In this document: one piece after another, positions 32,933 through 48,607 of the stretch
How the letters are laid out: every line of letters starts with the position of its first letter
How positions within the stretch are numbered: position 1 is the first letter of the stretch
NCBI GenBank assembly: GCA_013239625.1
Contig: MU056050.1
Span: 6,527,715 to 6,581,592, forward strand
From: Lama guanicoe
Lineage: Eukaryota
Length of the DNA: 53,878 bases
Direction: 5' to 3'
Program-made: the position numbers and the translations under genes
The notes under the pieces: model-generated
The model's database searches: none
Told to the model about the DNA's origin: nothing
The model's input: only the letters and a program-made list of their open reading frames with translations

Positions 32933-35028
32933 AAAGTGGATTCTGAAGGAGAGGAGAAACTACGGTTGACTGAGAGAAGGGCGGATTGTTCCAGGTGGGA
33001 ATGCCCTTGGTAAGAGCCTGGAGGTGGGTCGTAGGGAAGGCTAAGCATGCCCGGACAGGCCATGAGCGCCTGCTGTGTCAGGCACTTGGCCCTCTCAGCC
33101 TCACAACATCCCAATCAAGTGGGTGATGTGGTCTTCATTTCACCCACTGGGAAACAGAAGCCCAGAGAAGCTGAGGAACACACCCAGCTTTACACAGCCT
33201 GTCAATGGCAGGACCACGATGTGAACTTTTTCTTTAATTGACATATAAAAAAAATTTAATTGACATATAGTTGAATTACACTGTGGTGTTAATTTCTGGT
33301 GTTCAGCACAGTGATTCGGTTGTACATAAGATGCAAACTCTTGCAGGCCAAAGCCAAATAGAGACCGAGGTTTGGCGAGGTTATTAACTCACCGATGGCC
33401 ACACATCCCAGAGATGAACTCAGCAATGTCAGGAAAGTAGTTCATTGTGAGAGGCGTGTATACTCCGCTTAGATATGAAAAAGGGGCCAACAGTATATGG
33501 TACTACCTTCCGCCCTGGGCAGGACACCAAGGAAGGCCTCACCCTAAAGGGAGGCCAGGCAAAAAATCCAAAAGGGCTCAAAGATTCCACTCATACCTGA
33601 GTGAGGGGGTCACTTCAGGCTCACCAAAAGGCATTCAGGATATTTGGGGCTGCTCCTGCCTTTAGAGGTGGGTGGCAAGGCAACCACCCCACCCCCTGCC
33701 AGCTGGCCCTCACCCTCAGTCCCCCAAAGAACTTGTCTAGTCCTTTCCATGTCCCTGGGCTGAGGAGCAGCTGGCCAGGCACAAGTCCCAGCACCACCCC
33801 TATGGCCCTTTTAGATTGTTTTCTCCCGTTTTGAGCTAAAGCTGAGACAGAGGGACCCTGATACAAGGTCCCAGGGGCCAAAGGCCCCCCTTCCCAGCCC
33901 CCCACAACTGTAGATTAATGACAGGAAAAGGAAAGAACTGCAATTAGAGGGCAGCCTGGCGGTGAGTTTACTCTTCCCTAACAAAGCCCACTTCCGGCCT
34001 CACGCCTGCCCTACGGCTGGCTTTCCAGGCTCCCCAGTCCCTAGGGCTTCAGGGGCGACTCTCAGCCTCCTGGTCTTCAGACCAGACACAGGCTTGGTGG
34101 AGGGAAGGCCACAATAGGCCCCACTTGCCTAAAAATAGCAGGCCAGCCTGCCCTCCTTGGGCCCAGGCCAGCCTGGTGCCCACCCTCTCTCCCTGTTCCC
34201 TCTTTTCCAGGCAATAAGAGGAGGAAGTTATCCAGGCAGCTGCATCCTAGCCATACAAGAGGAGGAAATGAATGGAAAGTGGAGGAGAGAAGGGGAAAGC
34301 AAGGGAGAGAAAGAGGAAAGAACAGTGGGCAGGGAAAACCAGGGGACGAGGATGGAGGAGATGCGTGGGAATGGGAGAAGTCACCCCCCAGCCATGCTTT
34401 CTCACCCCTGCTCCCACTCAGCCCCCTTCCCAGCTCCCCCACATCATGCAGAAGAGGCTTTCTTCCTGAGGCTGCAGGTGCCTCACCCAGGAGGCCTTCA
34501 TGGTGGTGGTGTCTGCTTGGCCTGACCGCGAACCTAGTTTCTGGTCAGCTGGCTTGCTGTGACCTCTAAGAAGGTGTGGCCGTTGACCCGATTGCTGACT
34601 TGCTTTTGGTCAAGACCCACCAAGAGAACTAGACTTTGCAGTCCCCAGGCCCTGGCGGAGTTGGGGACGGCGGGGGTGGGCAGGTGATACTGCCCCTGCC
34701 CTGGGGAATTGTCACTAGACTCCCCCCCTCCTTTCATAGGAAAGAGGATGTGAAACTTTCAGCTTTGTGCGGGTCTGGGGCTTCGGTTCCTCAAGCCCTT
34801 ATCTCTGATGTCTGCAGCCGATCCCGCTCTATCTGTCTGGCCATCTGTGAACCCTGGTTCCTGTGTGTATCTCTGGTCTTGATTGTTGATCCTGATTCGG
34901 GCTCAGCCTCCACTTCTTGTGTCTAAAGTCTGCCCTCCTTACCTGGCCCCGGTTTCTGCTGCTATCTTGGCATGTGCATGCATATACAGTTAAGAAAGCT
35001 CATTTCCTGAAAACAGTCTCATCCACAC

Positions 35029-35495
35029 TGTCAACTGAAAAAAAAAAAAGCATGACCTCAAAGTTGAGAATTATGTTTTATGTTTTATTCTGCGGACTTT
35101 CTGAGACTTCAAACCCAGGAGGGAGGAGCCAGGATACCTAGCAGTTTTGCAACAGAAACCAGGTAGCCAGAACATCAAAAGATTACTGTTAAAGGAAACT
35201 AGACATTACAAGTTAAAGAATTTAGCACTTTTTTGTGTATGGGAAGATACAGGAGTCTGGGCTCATTGAAATCATTCCTTTGATATGCACCTTAGCTGTC
35301 TAGGGCCAGTATCCTGTTCCTTTCCATCCTGAGTCCCCTCAGGGTACACCGTTGGGGGTGGCTGCAGTGGCGGAGGGCTTGGCCTCTTGTTTGTCTTCAT
35401 CCTGAGCTCCCTCAGGCTCACCATCAGGGCGGTGGTAGTGGCTGATGGAGCATCCTTTGTTTGCTGATAATGGCAGGCAATGTTTTTCAATCCCA
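35029..35495 (-). mobile_element. Solo ERV LTR in SASH3 intron 1
   Basis: Minus strand runs TG...ttcagttgaCA with an internal AATAAA (tttatt near 35084); homologous to 48073-48470. Confidence 0.75.
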
Positions 35496-36130
35496 GCACA
35501 AACAATAGCTCTGGCCTCAAAGTCTGAATACTGGCACATGTCAACAATGCCCAGCTCATCGCATTACGACTAAGGTAAAAAGCAGAGATGAAGAGAGAGA
35601 AAATGGTAGCTTTCTTTTTACTATGTTAAGCCCAGTCATTTGTGTCCCAAGTCTGTGGGCACCTTCTCTGAATAAGTTTCTACTGTGGCTTTCCAGAAAG
35701 TGTAATGCCTGGTCGTAATGCCAGGTCTGGGGGTTCTCTTGCTCTTCTTGGGACACAGGCTGGAGGCCCCAGTGTGTTTGCTGCGATCACTGTCACAGGA
35801 AACCAGGCTAGGGGAAGGCTTAGGGCCTGGAAGCCAGGCTGCGGCGTTTGGGATTTACTCTGCTGTATTAAAACAGGGGATGCTGTTGTATGTGCTGCAG
35901 TGTGTTTCTAGTAGGAGACATGCGTTTTCTCAGACTCACTGAGTCTTTCACTACAGGGTTCTGGGGACCAAACCTCAGGCACTGATGGAAATGTGGGGTT
36001 AATCTGAGGCCTGAGTGGGGCTGAGGCTCTCAGGCCACTTGCTGTGGGGTCAGCACGAGGCAGGTTCACAGCTAAAGAACAGGAGGAAGCCAGGTAGCCA
36101 GGAGGACGTCTTGCAGCTTCACCTGCTTAG

Positions 36131-36406
<276 letters not shown>

Positions 36407-36577
36407 TGAGGAGGGCAGGAGGAGGGGAAAGACGATTTTAGGATCATTGAGGCAAAGTTTGTTTAAATATAATAGGCCCACCTCTCCCACCGATGAAAAT
36501 TCTGGGCCCTAGGAACTCCCTGCATTCTTTTCGACTGCAAATTCATTGTCAATTTAAATGCAAATGAATCTGGCTGA

Positions 36578-36976
<399 letters not shown>

Positions 36977-37361
36977 TGACCCGACCCAGTTACAGTCAGG
37001 AAGGTCACTGGGGGAAGGGAGCTAACTTGGCCATGGCCATGGCAGGAAGGCACAATCCTAAGGGAGAAGGAGTGGGGTCTGAGGAGGGGTGAAAGTCTGG
37101 GTAACAGAAGCTTCTTGGCCAGGCAGGCCTGAGGAGATGAGATCGTCTGAGGCAAACTCATCCACCTCAAAAGTTTTGCTTGGAATGAGTCCTGGGATTG
37201 GGAAGGCTTGATTCAAGGAGAGGACCTATGAAAGCAAATAGAGAAGGCTGGCTTCAGCCCAGGGAGGGAAGGCGGGACAGACAGCTGTGGGCAGGCACAT
37301 CCCAGTAGCTCAAGTCACACAGTGAGTCTGTGTGCTCGTGGCTCTTGGAGGAGGCGCCCTG

Positions 37362-37757
37362 GCAATGGGGTGCTGCAGTCAGCTCGTACTAATGGGCTCA
37401 TGCCAGCTCAGGACAGAAGTTGGTTCAAATTTTCAGGAATTTTGTGAGCCAGGTGTGAGATACAACCATTATTGAAAATTCATTTATACAAACTGAGAAT
37501 TGAGTCAATTATATTAAAAAGGAAAAGACTAAAAACAGTCTTAAAAACTCCTCATTTCCTAATTCTTGAACTAACTTCCCATGCTGTTCGTGCCCTTGAA
37601 GTTGTTGGCGCCTGCTGTCTGTGTTCAGTGACTGTGGTAGTTCGCCATGGGCCGCGGTGGGGAGTATTTACAACACAGGAGTCGGCAACTGCTACAAATC
37701 AGGGCTTTTATTCCCAACGAGCCAGTTGTGACGGAATTCCCCACACCAGGCCCACTG
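37362..37757 (+). mobile_element. MER63-like hAT-Blackjack DNA transposon
   Basis: aaattttcaggaattttgtgagcc, ggtgggagtatttaca, gctacaaatcagggctt and gagccagttgt match recalled MER63 motifs. Confidence 0.7.
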
Positions 37758-38101
37758 AGGCCCAGGAGCTCTAGAATCAGGTCAGCTTAGCTGTGGGCTC
37801 TCACATGGTAACATTTCCATGACTTCTCATCTGTAAACTTGGGATGATCAAGTACATATTCTTGAGTTAGGATTGAATGAAATTCTCTGGCACATAGGAG
37901 CACAGTCAAAAGTAGTGACTCTCTCACGCCATAATCTGCCTGCCTATGCCCTAGTAACAGTGCCGAATCCAGGGTCTGTCAGAGACCTTTGCTGTGTGTA
38001 CATTGGCACCTCAAGCTGACAAAGGCACCCCAGTTGAGCCTCATTCCATGATGTAGGCAGGGCAAAGACTGTCAGTCCCACTTTACGGAAGAGGAAAGTA
38101 A

Positions 38102-38407
<306 letters not shown>

Positions 38408-39585
38408 TAGGAGAGGTAGGGGGTACACCTGCTGAGTCTGGGGGAAAGGACTGGGTTAGGGCGGTACAGGTGGCTGTCCGGGAGGGGTGGTAAGAGAAAT
38501 GAACCTTTACCATTTGCCTGCTGGGACCTTTCCCAGCCTTCTTCACGTTAAATCTTCACAACAGTCTCAAGGGGTGGTACTATTATTACACCCACTTTAT
38601 TGATGGGAAAACTGAGGCTCAGGAGGTCGAGTGACTTGCCCAAGGGGACCCAGTAGTGAACTTAAGTCTGCCTTAGAGGAGCCTCCACTTGCTGGAAGGG
38701 CCCAATGGCGGAGGAAGAGCCCCGTTGCCCTCTTGGACCAGCCCACCCTTACCTTTCCAAGGGGGGCTAGAGGCTATGGCTCCCTGGGCCTCTGACATCC
38801 AGGCTAAGGGTGGGGGTATAAGGTCTCCAGCTGTGAAGACTCAGCCTCATGGACATCAACCCATGGTTTGCTGGGCTCAGGGCACTATTTGGCATGTTCT
38901 AGATGTCCATGGGGGTGGACAGGAGCTTCCAGCAGCCCTGCCTGGAGGGAGGGGGCTTTGAACCTTCATCTGCAGACCCACAGGGGCACTCCCTTTCTCC
39001 CCCTCCTGTCTCGTACCAAGTTCTCTGATCTTTGGCTCCAAAGACACCTCCCTGCCCCCACTGAAAGCCACTTAAATGATGCCTTTCACCCTGTCCTTCC
39101 CAGAGAGTAAGAGCCTGTCTGAGTTTCCATGTGACGTTGTAACTAGACACTGAGTCTTATTAAGTAGAGAAAGTAAAATATTGATGCAGGGTGTGACTTC
39201 CTGGGTGGAAAGTGACTCCCAGGAGTACTGGAGTGGAAGTCAGGAAACATGACAGACATCTAATGGACCCAGTGCTGCCCAGTTATAAAGTGAGAGGCCT
39301 TTGGCAGGTCACTTGGCCTGTCTGGCCTCAGTTTTCCTCATCTGTTCATTGGGGTGTTGGTCCAGTTGTTACCTAGAGGCCTTCCCAATTTGCCCAGTCA
39401 TCAGTCTGTGAGCCATTTCTCCTTCTATGGTCAACTATTTTCATGTCTGGTACCCCAGAAGGGAAGCTATGCTCCTACAGGGTGGCTGAGGGGTGAGGTC
39501 AGAATCCCTTCTGCGGTGTGAGACTTACCAGAGCCCAGCTTTCTTCCCTAGCATGTATCCTTGGAAGGTATCTGCTGGGCACTGA

Positions 39586-40139
<554 letters not shown>

Positions 40140-40159
40140 TGAGCGGGGACTTGCAGTAG

Positions 40160-40522
<363 letters not shown>

Positions 40523-40704
40523 TGAACTCCAGTATGGGGCAGAGCTTGTGGGGAGGAAGGGTTTTGGGGATCAGGCTCAGCTCCCTTTGGGATCAAAGGG
40601 GAGACTTAGGGCCAGAGAAAGTGAGGCATGGAATTGAGGCCTCAACAATGGGTAATAACCAAGCCAGATTTCAAGAGCAGGTTTCCTGGCTACTAGCTCA
40701 GTGA

Positions 40705-41109
<405 letters not shown>

Positions 41110-42411
41110 GGTGGCGACCGCACGGGCTGAGGCTAGGCCAGAGCAGCCAAGGCCGTGGGGATGGGGTGGGCCCGGCCTCCCGTGGTGGCCTGGGTCACGG
41201 ACTAGGACTGGTCGCCAAGCCCGGTCCCACACCCCCCCGGGGCGCCTAAGGCTGCAGAGGCCAGGGGAACCTTACAGGTGTCCGGCAGGAGTGGACACGA
41301 GCCGTGGAGTCTCATCCACCTGCTGGGCCACCTCCCTCCACCACCTACTGACAGCACAGCCCTTTGGGCTGCAGCCAAAGCAAGGGGGACATCGAGCAGC
41401 CACCCGGCCCGGGCCCCTCACCACCGAGGCCTCCAAACTCTCCAGCTCCACACCACCTTCACCTGTAGCACTGCTCCTGAAAAGGGGGCCAGGTCAGTGT
41501 TTCGGGTCAGTCTCAACACCCTAGGGAAGCTGGCCATTGAAAAGGACTCTTAATTGGTTACGGGTAAATCCAGACTTTTCTAAATCAGGTTTGAAGAAAA
41601 CCATGTGTATCTTTCCTACTTTCCTCCATGTTAACTTGCTTAGGAGTTTAGCCACTAAATCACTGTGTCACTTGAACCGACTGCCTTCCCCAGTTGGGAG
41701 GACTGGCTAGGATAAGAATGGGTAGTCGCTGAGGGCCCTGCCAACTCTGACATTCTGTGACATTAAATGCCTGCTGCCGCATTACCTGTGGCCAAGGACA
41801 GCAGTGAGGTTTGCTGACGGGGCTTGAGGGGCCTCAGGCTCTCAAATGAAACAGCTCCTCCTGCTCACCCCTTCCATACCTCCCCATGTGACTCGGCCAA
41901 GTTGCCACTCCCCCAAGCTTAAAACAATGCCCATGCCTCAGACAGTACACGCCCTCCCCTTCTACTCCGGGCCCCTTGTGACACTTCCACAATGGCAGAT
42001 GGTCAGACCTGGCTTCTAAGGACAGAACTGCTCCTCAGAAACCACTCATGAGTCCAGGCCCAGACTTGGCCTCTTGTGTGGGTCCTTACAAAGAAAGCAC
42101 AATGCTGGACACTGGGGAGTCTACTACTCTACCTTTGCTCTGCTAAAGGTTTTGATGTACCTTGAGCTCCAGAAGGAGAGAGAGAGTATCTGTGGGTGGG
42201 GGCCTCCGTTGACCCCAGTACCAAGTCTGTGCCCTGAATTCCCAGAATAACCCTTTCCCGGGGCCCTACTGGCCCTGGGAAAATTGGTGCCCACCATGTC
42301 TAGGATTGCATGCTTAGTGGACACACTTCTCAACCTACTACCAGGAACTCTCGTAGAAGCTATCTTTGAATAGTTTGAATGTAAATATGATGGGGGTGAT
42401 GGGTTGGTAGC

Positions 42412-42417
42412 AATAAA
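42412..42417 (+). terminator. SASH3: Likely SASH3 polyadenylation signal
   Basis: AATAAA about 1.3 kb after the stop, followed by T/GT-rich sequence (ttattgtctctggttatctttcctgtg). Confidence 0.7.
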
Positions 42418-42793
42418 TAGAGGTAGAACTAAATTATTGTCTCTGGTTATCTTTCCTGTGGAAAGAGGGTTGTGGGGAGGAACAAACTAGTCTCCTTCAA
42501 AGCTGGAATCAGCAAAATGTCCTCCACTGTCCTTTCAGGGCCATCTGTCCCTTTCTTGAAGATGCTCAGTGCTCTCAACTCCGCTGACTGCTAACCAGCA
42601 CTCCTCAGCTCAGGCTCCCATGGCCACTGGCCTTGCTGGGGTCTCAGGGTGAAGGGGAGCCTTCTCCCACTTTCTAGAATTGTTCATTTAATAAGCGCCT
42701 TCCCCATTTCCCCAGTGAGGAAGGCTGCACTGGGAGCTGTCCAGGGTCCAAGAGTCAGCAGGACCTTCCCTCTGAGGCCACCTCTTCCTGGGT

Positions 42794-42863
42794 CCCACCG
42801 AAGCTACACCATCTCTTAGGAGATGGTGCCCACTGAAGCTACACCATCTCTTAGGAGGTGGGT
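42794..42863. repeat. 35-bp tandem duplication containing a hairpin
   Basis: cccac(c/t)gaagctacaccatctcttaggag(a/g)tgg occurs at 42794 and 42829. Confidence 0.9.
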
Positions 42864-45085
42864 TGGAGACGCGAGCCCCTGGCATTTGTTTCTCTGGCAT
42901 TAACTGCATTAGGAAGGGCAAACGAGTGTGAGCTACCACCAGAGCAAAGACAATGCCACTCGGCTTCCAGGCTTTATTCTCAGCTGCACTTGTCCACTGC
43001 CCTGAGTGGATGTGGGGTCAGGAAACCACAGCATTAATCTCACCAAAGAGAAAGGAGCCCAAATGGCCTCAAAGCCTTAATGGTACTGAATGATTGCTGT
43101 GATTTCATAAGCACCAACACGTGTGCTGGGCCCCACGCACTTTCCCTGTATCTCTCCTATAAGTCCTCATGCCAGCCCCTCCCTCTGAGGTGGGTATACC
43201 ATCATCTCCCCAATTTACAGAGGAAACAAGTGCAGACAGGTTGAAGACGTTGAGTGAGAAGTCCAACAAGCTTTCAGAGCCCACAGGCGTCTGCAGGGCA
43301 ATCTGTCCTGTGAAGTACCTGACATCCTTTGACACAGCCATTCCCCTTCTAGAATTCCACCCACACAAAGAGCCACACAAGTGCACACAGATACATGGAC
43401 AGAGGTATTCGTGATAGTTTTGTCTGTAAGAAACTGGAAACAATGCAAATGGAGAATTAGAAACATGGTTCATTTGCACAATACCATTAAACATGATATA
43501 GAAAAATACTTAATGACATGGGGAAAATCTTCATGAATTTTTAATTGTTTAACTTGAAATTTAAAAATTATACAAATAACATACAAACGTTCTAAAAGAA
43601 GTCTGTGCCATATCATGGAGAAAAAGTGAGCAATAAACCTTATTTATAGGACAATCCCATTTTTATTTAAGAAAAGGAAAACTGAAGAATAAAGACCAGA
43701 AAGATCTGCACCGAATGGTTACTAGTGGTGATCTTGTGAGGGGGTGGGTGGGATTGGGGGAGTGAGGGAGAGAAGTGTGCACTTAATACACTCCTGTCTT
43801 ATTTGAATTTCAAAAGTATTATTTTTATATGTATAACAAAGAACGATATTTTAATTTTTGAAAATAATTAAAATAAACAGGCCTAAGCCACCAGTTTGGG
43901 GAAGCAGCAAAGACATTCTCTTGCTGCCTTTTAAAGCAGGCTTCTGGAAAGATGGGGAGTCAGGGTGAATGAGACCCGAAGTGCTTAAAATCCACATACA
44001 CCAAGGGGAGCCTGTTGGGAGATTCCTACACCTTTTAAACCTCCTAGGTAATTCCTTTCTATTAGCTCCAAGGTGGGGAAAGGAAAATATCCGAAAAAGA
44101 GGAATAACTGAGAAAAAGATGTTTTGAAATGCTCCCCTGTCCTGGGGAGGAGGGCAGGGGTGTCTGAGCTACAGGGCTTCGGCTTGGTCTGTAGGCTGAA
44201 GACAGGCTGAAAGTAGGTGGCTGTGCAAGGGCTCTAATAACCACTGGACTTTGGGAGGGGCCGGTGAGGAAGGGCAACAAGGAAATTTACTACAGGCCAG
44301 GGCCTGAGGGGCAGAAAGGCAGTGCCTCTGTGGGTCTGCACTCAGAGCTCAAAGCCCAGGCAGGGCTGCCAGAAGCGCCTGTCCAGCCCTACGGACATCT
44401 AGAACATGCCAAGTAGTGCCCAGAGTCCAGCAAACACAAGGATTGGTGTCTGTAAGGCTGAGTCTTCACAGCTGGAGATATTATGCCCCAACCCCCAGCC
44501 TGGATGTCAGAGGCCCAGGGAGCCGTAGCCTCTATTTCCTCTTGGAAGGGTCAGGGTGGGCTGGTCCAAGAGGGCAATGGCGCTCTTCCTCTGCCCTTGG
44601 GCCCCTCCAGCAAGTGGAGGCTCCACTAGGGCGGGCAAGGCCTAGCAGTTAGGAGCAGTTAGGAGCTCCAGCCAATGTGAATTCAAGTCCTGGCTCTGTC
44701 AATCACTAGCTGGGTCACATTAGACAAGCCACCTAACCTCCTCGAACCTCACTTTCCACATCAATATAGTGGGGATAATAGTACTAGCCTCATGGGGTTG
44801 TTGCACGGATTGAAAGAACTGTGGTATGTAAAATAGTTAGCACGGTGTCGAGCACAAAATCCACGCTCAGTGAATGATAACGTGTCACTACCCTGCTACC
44901 TCCTTTTCACTCCTTTCAAGGCCCATCTCCCCTTGAACCCCTAGTTAGCGCTGGGACCCAGAGCAAAGGCCTTGGCGTTCAATTATAGTGTCTTCAAATC
45001 CTGGCTCCACCACTTACTAGTTACACAATTTCAGGTAATTACATACATATTTTACAGAAAAGAAATGTGTAAGAATAATGATCTA

Positions 45086-45211
45086 TATTGCGATATATGA
45101 ATATATCAAGTCAACACATGGCACACCTTAAACTCACACAATGTTATATGGTAATTATATCTCAATTTTAAAATAATTTAAAATAAATAAAAATTAAACT
45201 AAACAAAAAAT
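45086..45211 (+). mobile_element. Short L1 3' end inserted into a MIR, with TSD
   Basis: acaccttaaactcacacaatgttatatggtaattatatctcaat plus A-rich tail; flanked by aataatgatcta (45074-45085) and aataatgagcta (45212-45223). Confidence 0.7.
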
Positions 45212-47379
45212 AATAATGAGCTAATAATACCTACCTCTTGGGGTTGTCAGAGAAATAAATGAGATAGTGTATAAAGTTCCCAGCACAGAGTGACAATAAA
45301 CGGTGGGGTTTTTTAACCACCAAGGTACTGAGCTCAAGGATGGGCATGGAGGCTGCGTTGACATGTGCTAGTCTGCAGACCAACTGCTGTAGCCCTGAGA
45401 AATATCCAAGATATCGAAACTTCCAGAGGGTGTTCGGATGCAGGGCAGAGGGGGCCAGCTCTGGTGTCTAGAGAGACTAGGGATGGGGAGAAAGCCCACC
45501 TGAGAAGCCTGAGGCAGCCCTGGCCTTGCCCAGCTCACAGTGCGATGATCAGCTCTGGGTACTATTAGATTTATTTTAGGCAACTCCCTTGGATATCCAT
45601 GGGCTACTAGAAGGAAGAGGATAGGGCCAGATTCAAAAAGAAAGAGTTTAAAGTCCAGCCAGCTTCTCCCCAGTTCAGGATTAGAGGCACCTTCCTCCTC
45701 CCCAGCCCATCAGGGGAAGCAGTTGCGGGTATCGCCCATTGTGGCTAAACCATCTCCCCTCTCATCACTGCCTCTACCGCTCTTGACCCTACCCTGGACT
45801 TACTTCCCAGGTAGGTCCTGATCAGCTCCCAGACACTCCCACAACAAAGACTTATCACCTCCACAAATTCCCTTTCCTGTCCCCTGCCCCTAACCCTCTC
45901 TCTAGCAACCCTCTCTGACAGGCCCCAGCTGCCCTTCTAACTCACTCACAGAAACCCTGCCCAGGTTTCTTATGTAAGTGGAGGCTGCAAAGGGGGGCTA
46001 TTAGAGACTAAGGGGATTAAAACAAAAGCTAAAACAGGTTTGTAAAGGGGAAAAAGGGCACTGATCACTGCAGTCTCAGTGAGGTTCAACATTTTCTCCC
46101 TCCCAAGTCAGGAAATTCAGGATGAGGTATGAGGTTTCCTAGCCAGGGACGAGAATTGGCTCTCCCACCTCGGCCTCACAATAGAGGCCACCCTAGCTTC
46201 TCACACAACTTTGTCGGCCACGTTCTGTATTATTCAGCCAACAACACAATCAAGTGGGAAGGAACTACCTCCCCTAACACTCCTCCTCCAGGAAGGTCCT
46301 AAATAAGCGGAATTCTATAGCACTTGATATGTAAGCTTCACCTTTTCCTATAACTTCAGTTACCAATACAGCATTTGTATACCATTGCCCCTGGGACCTG
46401 CGGGGATAGCGTCAGAAAGAGCCCAGGGCGATGGCCCTCACAAAGGGACAGGCAATTTGACTGTGGGAACCTGGCGAGGCAACTTCCTGACTTCCTGTGC
46501 TAAAGAAACCCCACCATCAGTTCAACCTAAGTGCAGGGGTCTGGTGAGAGATTTGAAAGATTTACGTTTAAAGCAAAAACCCAATAACCACCCCCATATC
46601 AGCCTGACTCTATATAGTCAGCCCTCTATATGCTTAAAATGGAGAGATCATTGGTAAACTTCATCCAAAATGGCAAAAAAATCCTAAAATCGTTGTTTCT
46701 TATCTCACAAGAGAATGGAGTCAGCAATGCAATTTCTCCAAAAGTTAACCCTAGCACGTGCTCAGTTTTCAACAAGTACTTATTGAATGTTAAATAAAAG
46801 GAAAACTCATTTCATTCAAGTGACACTTGGAATTATTCAACCCCCTTTTTCTGTCTACACTTGCTTGACTGAGGGGCAGCAGGTTATGCCGGAAAACTTC
46901 TCTGGACTGGAGTCAGGACATCTGGATTCTGGTCTCGGCTCTGCCAGTACCTGTCTACGTGACCTTAGCTAAATCACAGTACTTAATTTTTTGGTGAGAG
47001 AGAGAGCAAGAGTAAGGACAAGTGACACAGACTACCTGATCAGTGCGTTCCTTTCAGGGATGTCATGGACAGAGCCCGGGTTTATGACAACCATGTCTCT
47101 AGTTTGGGGCACAAAACTACCACCCACTTAGCCAAGCTGGAATGGGAAGATAGCTGAAGATGGGCAGTGGCTGGCAGAAAAGGCAGTGGGAGCGGGGCTT
47201 GAAGACAGCAAAGGGATATGGAAGGGTAGGGAGGTAGTTCTACGTCATGCTCCAGAGATGTATTTGTAAAACAGCTTCTAAGTCAAGGCCTCCCTCACTT
47301 CCTGGCCATGGTAGAGGGTGAGCTCCAAGCTTTTATTTATTAACTAAGCAGAAAACCCCCTAAAACTAGAAGAAAGATA

Positions 47380-48060
47380 AACAAAGGACTTGGACAGCCA
47401 GTTCGCAGAATACAAATGGCAAGAAACATAAGGGAGGGGAGAGGTGTCAAAAATGTTTAACCTCATTATTAATGGAAGAAATAAAAATTAAGACACTGAG
47501 ATACCAGTTTCCAGCTAGCTATCAAATTACCAGATGTTTAAATGAGATGTGTTGAAGTAGGCTCTCTGATACAAGGCTGGCAGGCAGGAAAAACTAGAAC
47601 AGCCTTTCTGTACAGGAATTTGGTCATATTTATCAAGAGCCTTTGAAAGAACTCCCTCCTTTGACTCAGTAATTCTACCTCTAGGAATCTATCACTGATA
47701 TGCCCATACATAAGGAAGTTCATCACAGCAATATTTATAATAATGAAAAATTGGAGAACTCTAGAGGTCTGACAATAGGGGAAAGGTTATGTACATATTA
47801 TGGAGTCATTGAGAAGTACTGTCAAATAACTTCTAATGATATGGGAAATGCTAAGTAAAAAAAGCAGGATTACAAAACTCTATTTGTATTTGAATTCCAG
47901 TTATGTTCAAAAATATATATGCAAAGAAAAAAAGACTAGCGAGAAATATACCAAAACATTAACGGTGATTATTACATTTGGTGGTGAGTTTATGAGTGAT
48001 TTTTTAAATCTTCTCAATTTCCTGTACTTTAAAAATTTTCAACATATGTTACTTAAAATT
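47380..48060 (+). mobile_element. Degraded L1M 3' region
   Basis: tttgactcagtaattctacctctaggaatcta...gttcatcacagcaatatttataataatgaaaaattgga. Confidence 0.65.
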
Positions 48061-48072
48061 TTTTTTTGAGAG

Positions 48073-48470
48073 CCTAAAAGTTGAGAGTTATGTTTTATTT
48101 GGTGGACATTTTTGAGGACTTGAACTCCTTTGAGCCTGGGATGATAGCCTCTCAGATCACTCTGAGGAACTGCTCAGAAGAGGTAGGGGAGGAGCTAGGA
48201 TATACAGGAGCTTTACAACAAAGACCAGGTAGTCGGAACATTAAAAGATTACTTGTTAACTAAAGAAAACCAGACACCTCAAGTTAAAAAATTTAGCACT
48301 TTTCTATGTATGGGAGGAAGCAAACATTTGGGCTCACTAACTTCACTCCTTTGACAAGCACCTAGCTATCTAGGGCCAGTATCCTGTCCTTTCTTATTCT
48401 GAGTCCCCTCAGAGGGCACCACTGTGAGTGGTTGCAGAGCCCGGGCTGCAGGCTTGTCTTTACTGGGGGT
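48073..48470 (-). mobile_element. Second copy (truncated) of the same ERV LTR family
   Basis: Shares aaagttgaga(g/a)ttatgttttat, accaggtag, aaaagattact, aatttagcactttt, tctagggccagtatcctgt and ctgagtcccctcag with 35029-35495. Confidence 0.78.
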
Positions 48471-48607
48471 GTTATTTTAAATTGAATGAGCATGTGTCAC
48501 TTTTAAAATTTAAAAAACCTATTAAGGTGCAAGGGGAGGAGAGTTTGTTTATTTTCTAAGTTTTCTAATATTTAGAGATAGAAAGGGACTTTAGAGATAA
48601 TTCAGTC

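Noticed and set aside
42794..42863. Hairpin-containing repeat as a CRISPR-like array or miRNA
   Set aside because: Only two adjacent units with no spacer in mammalian DNA; a 9-bp stem is too short for a pre-miRNA.
44644..44666. Small 8-10 bp tandem duplications (agcagttagg x2; also near 1663, 16186, 32370, 53352)
   Set aside because: Ordinary slippage events with no functional context.
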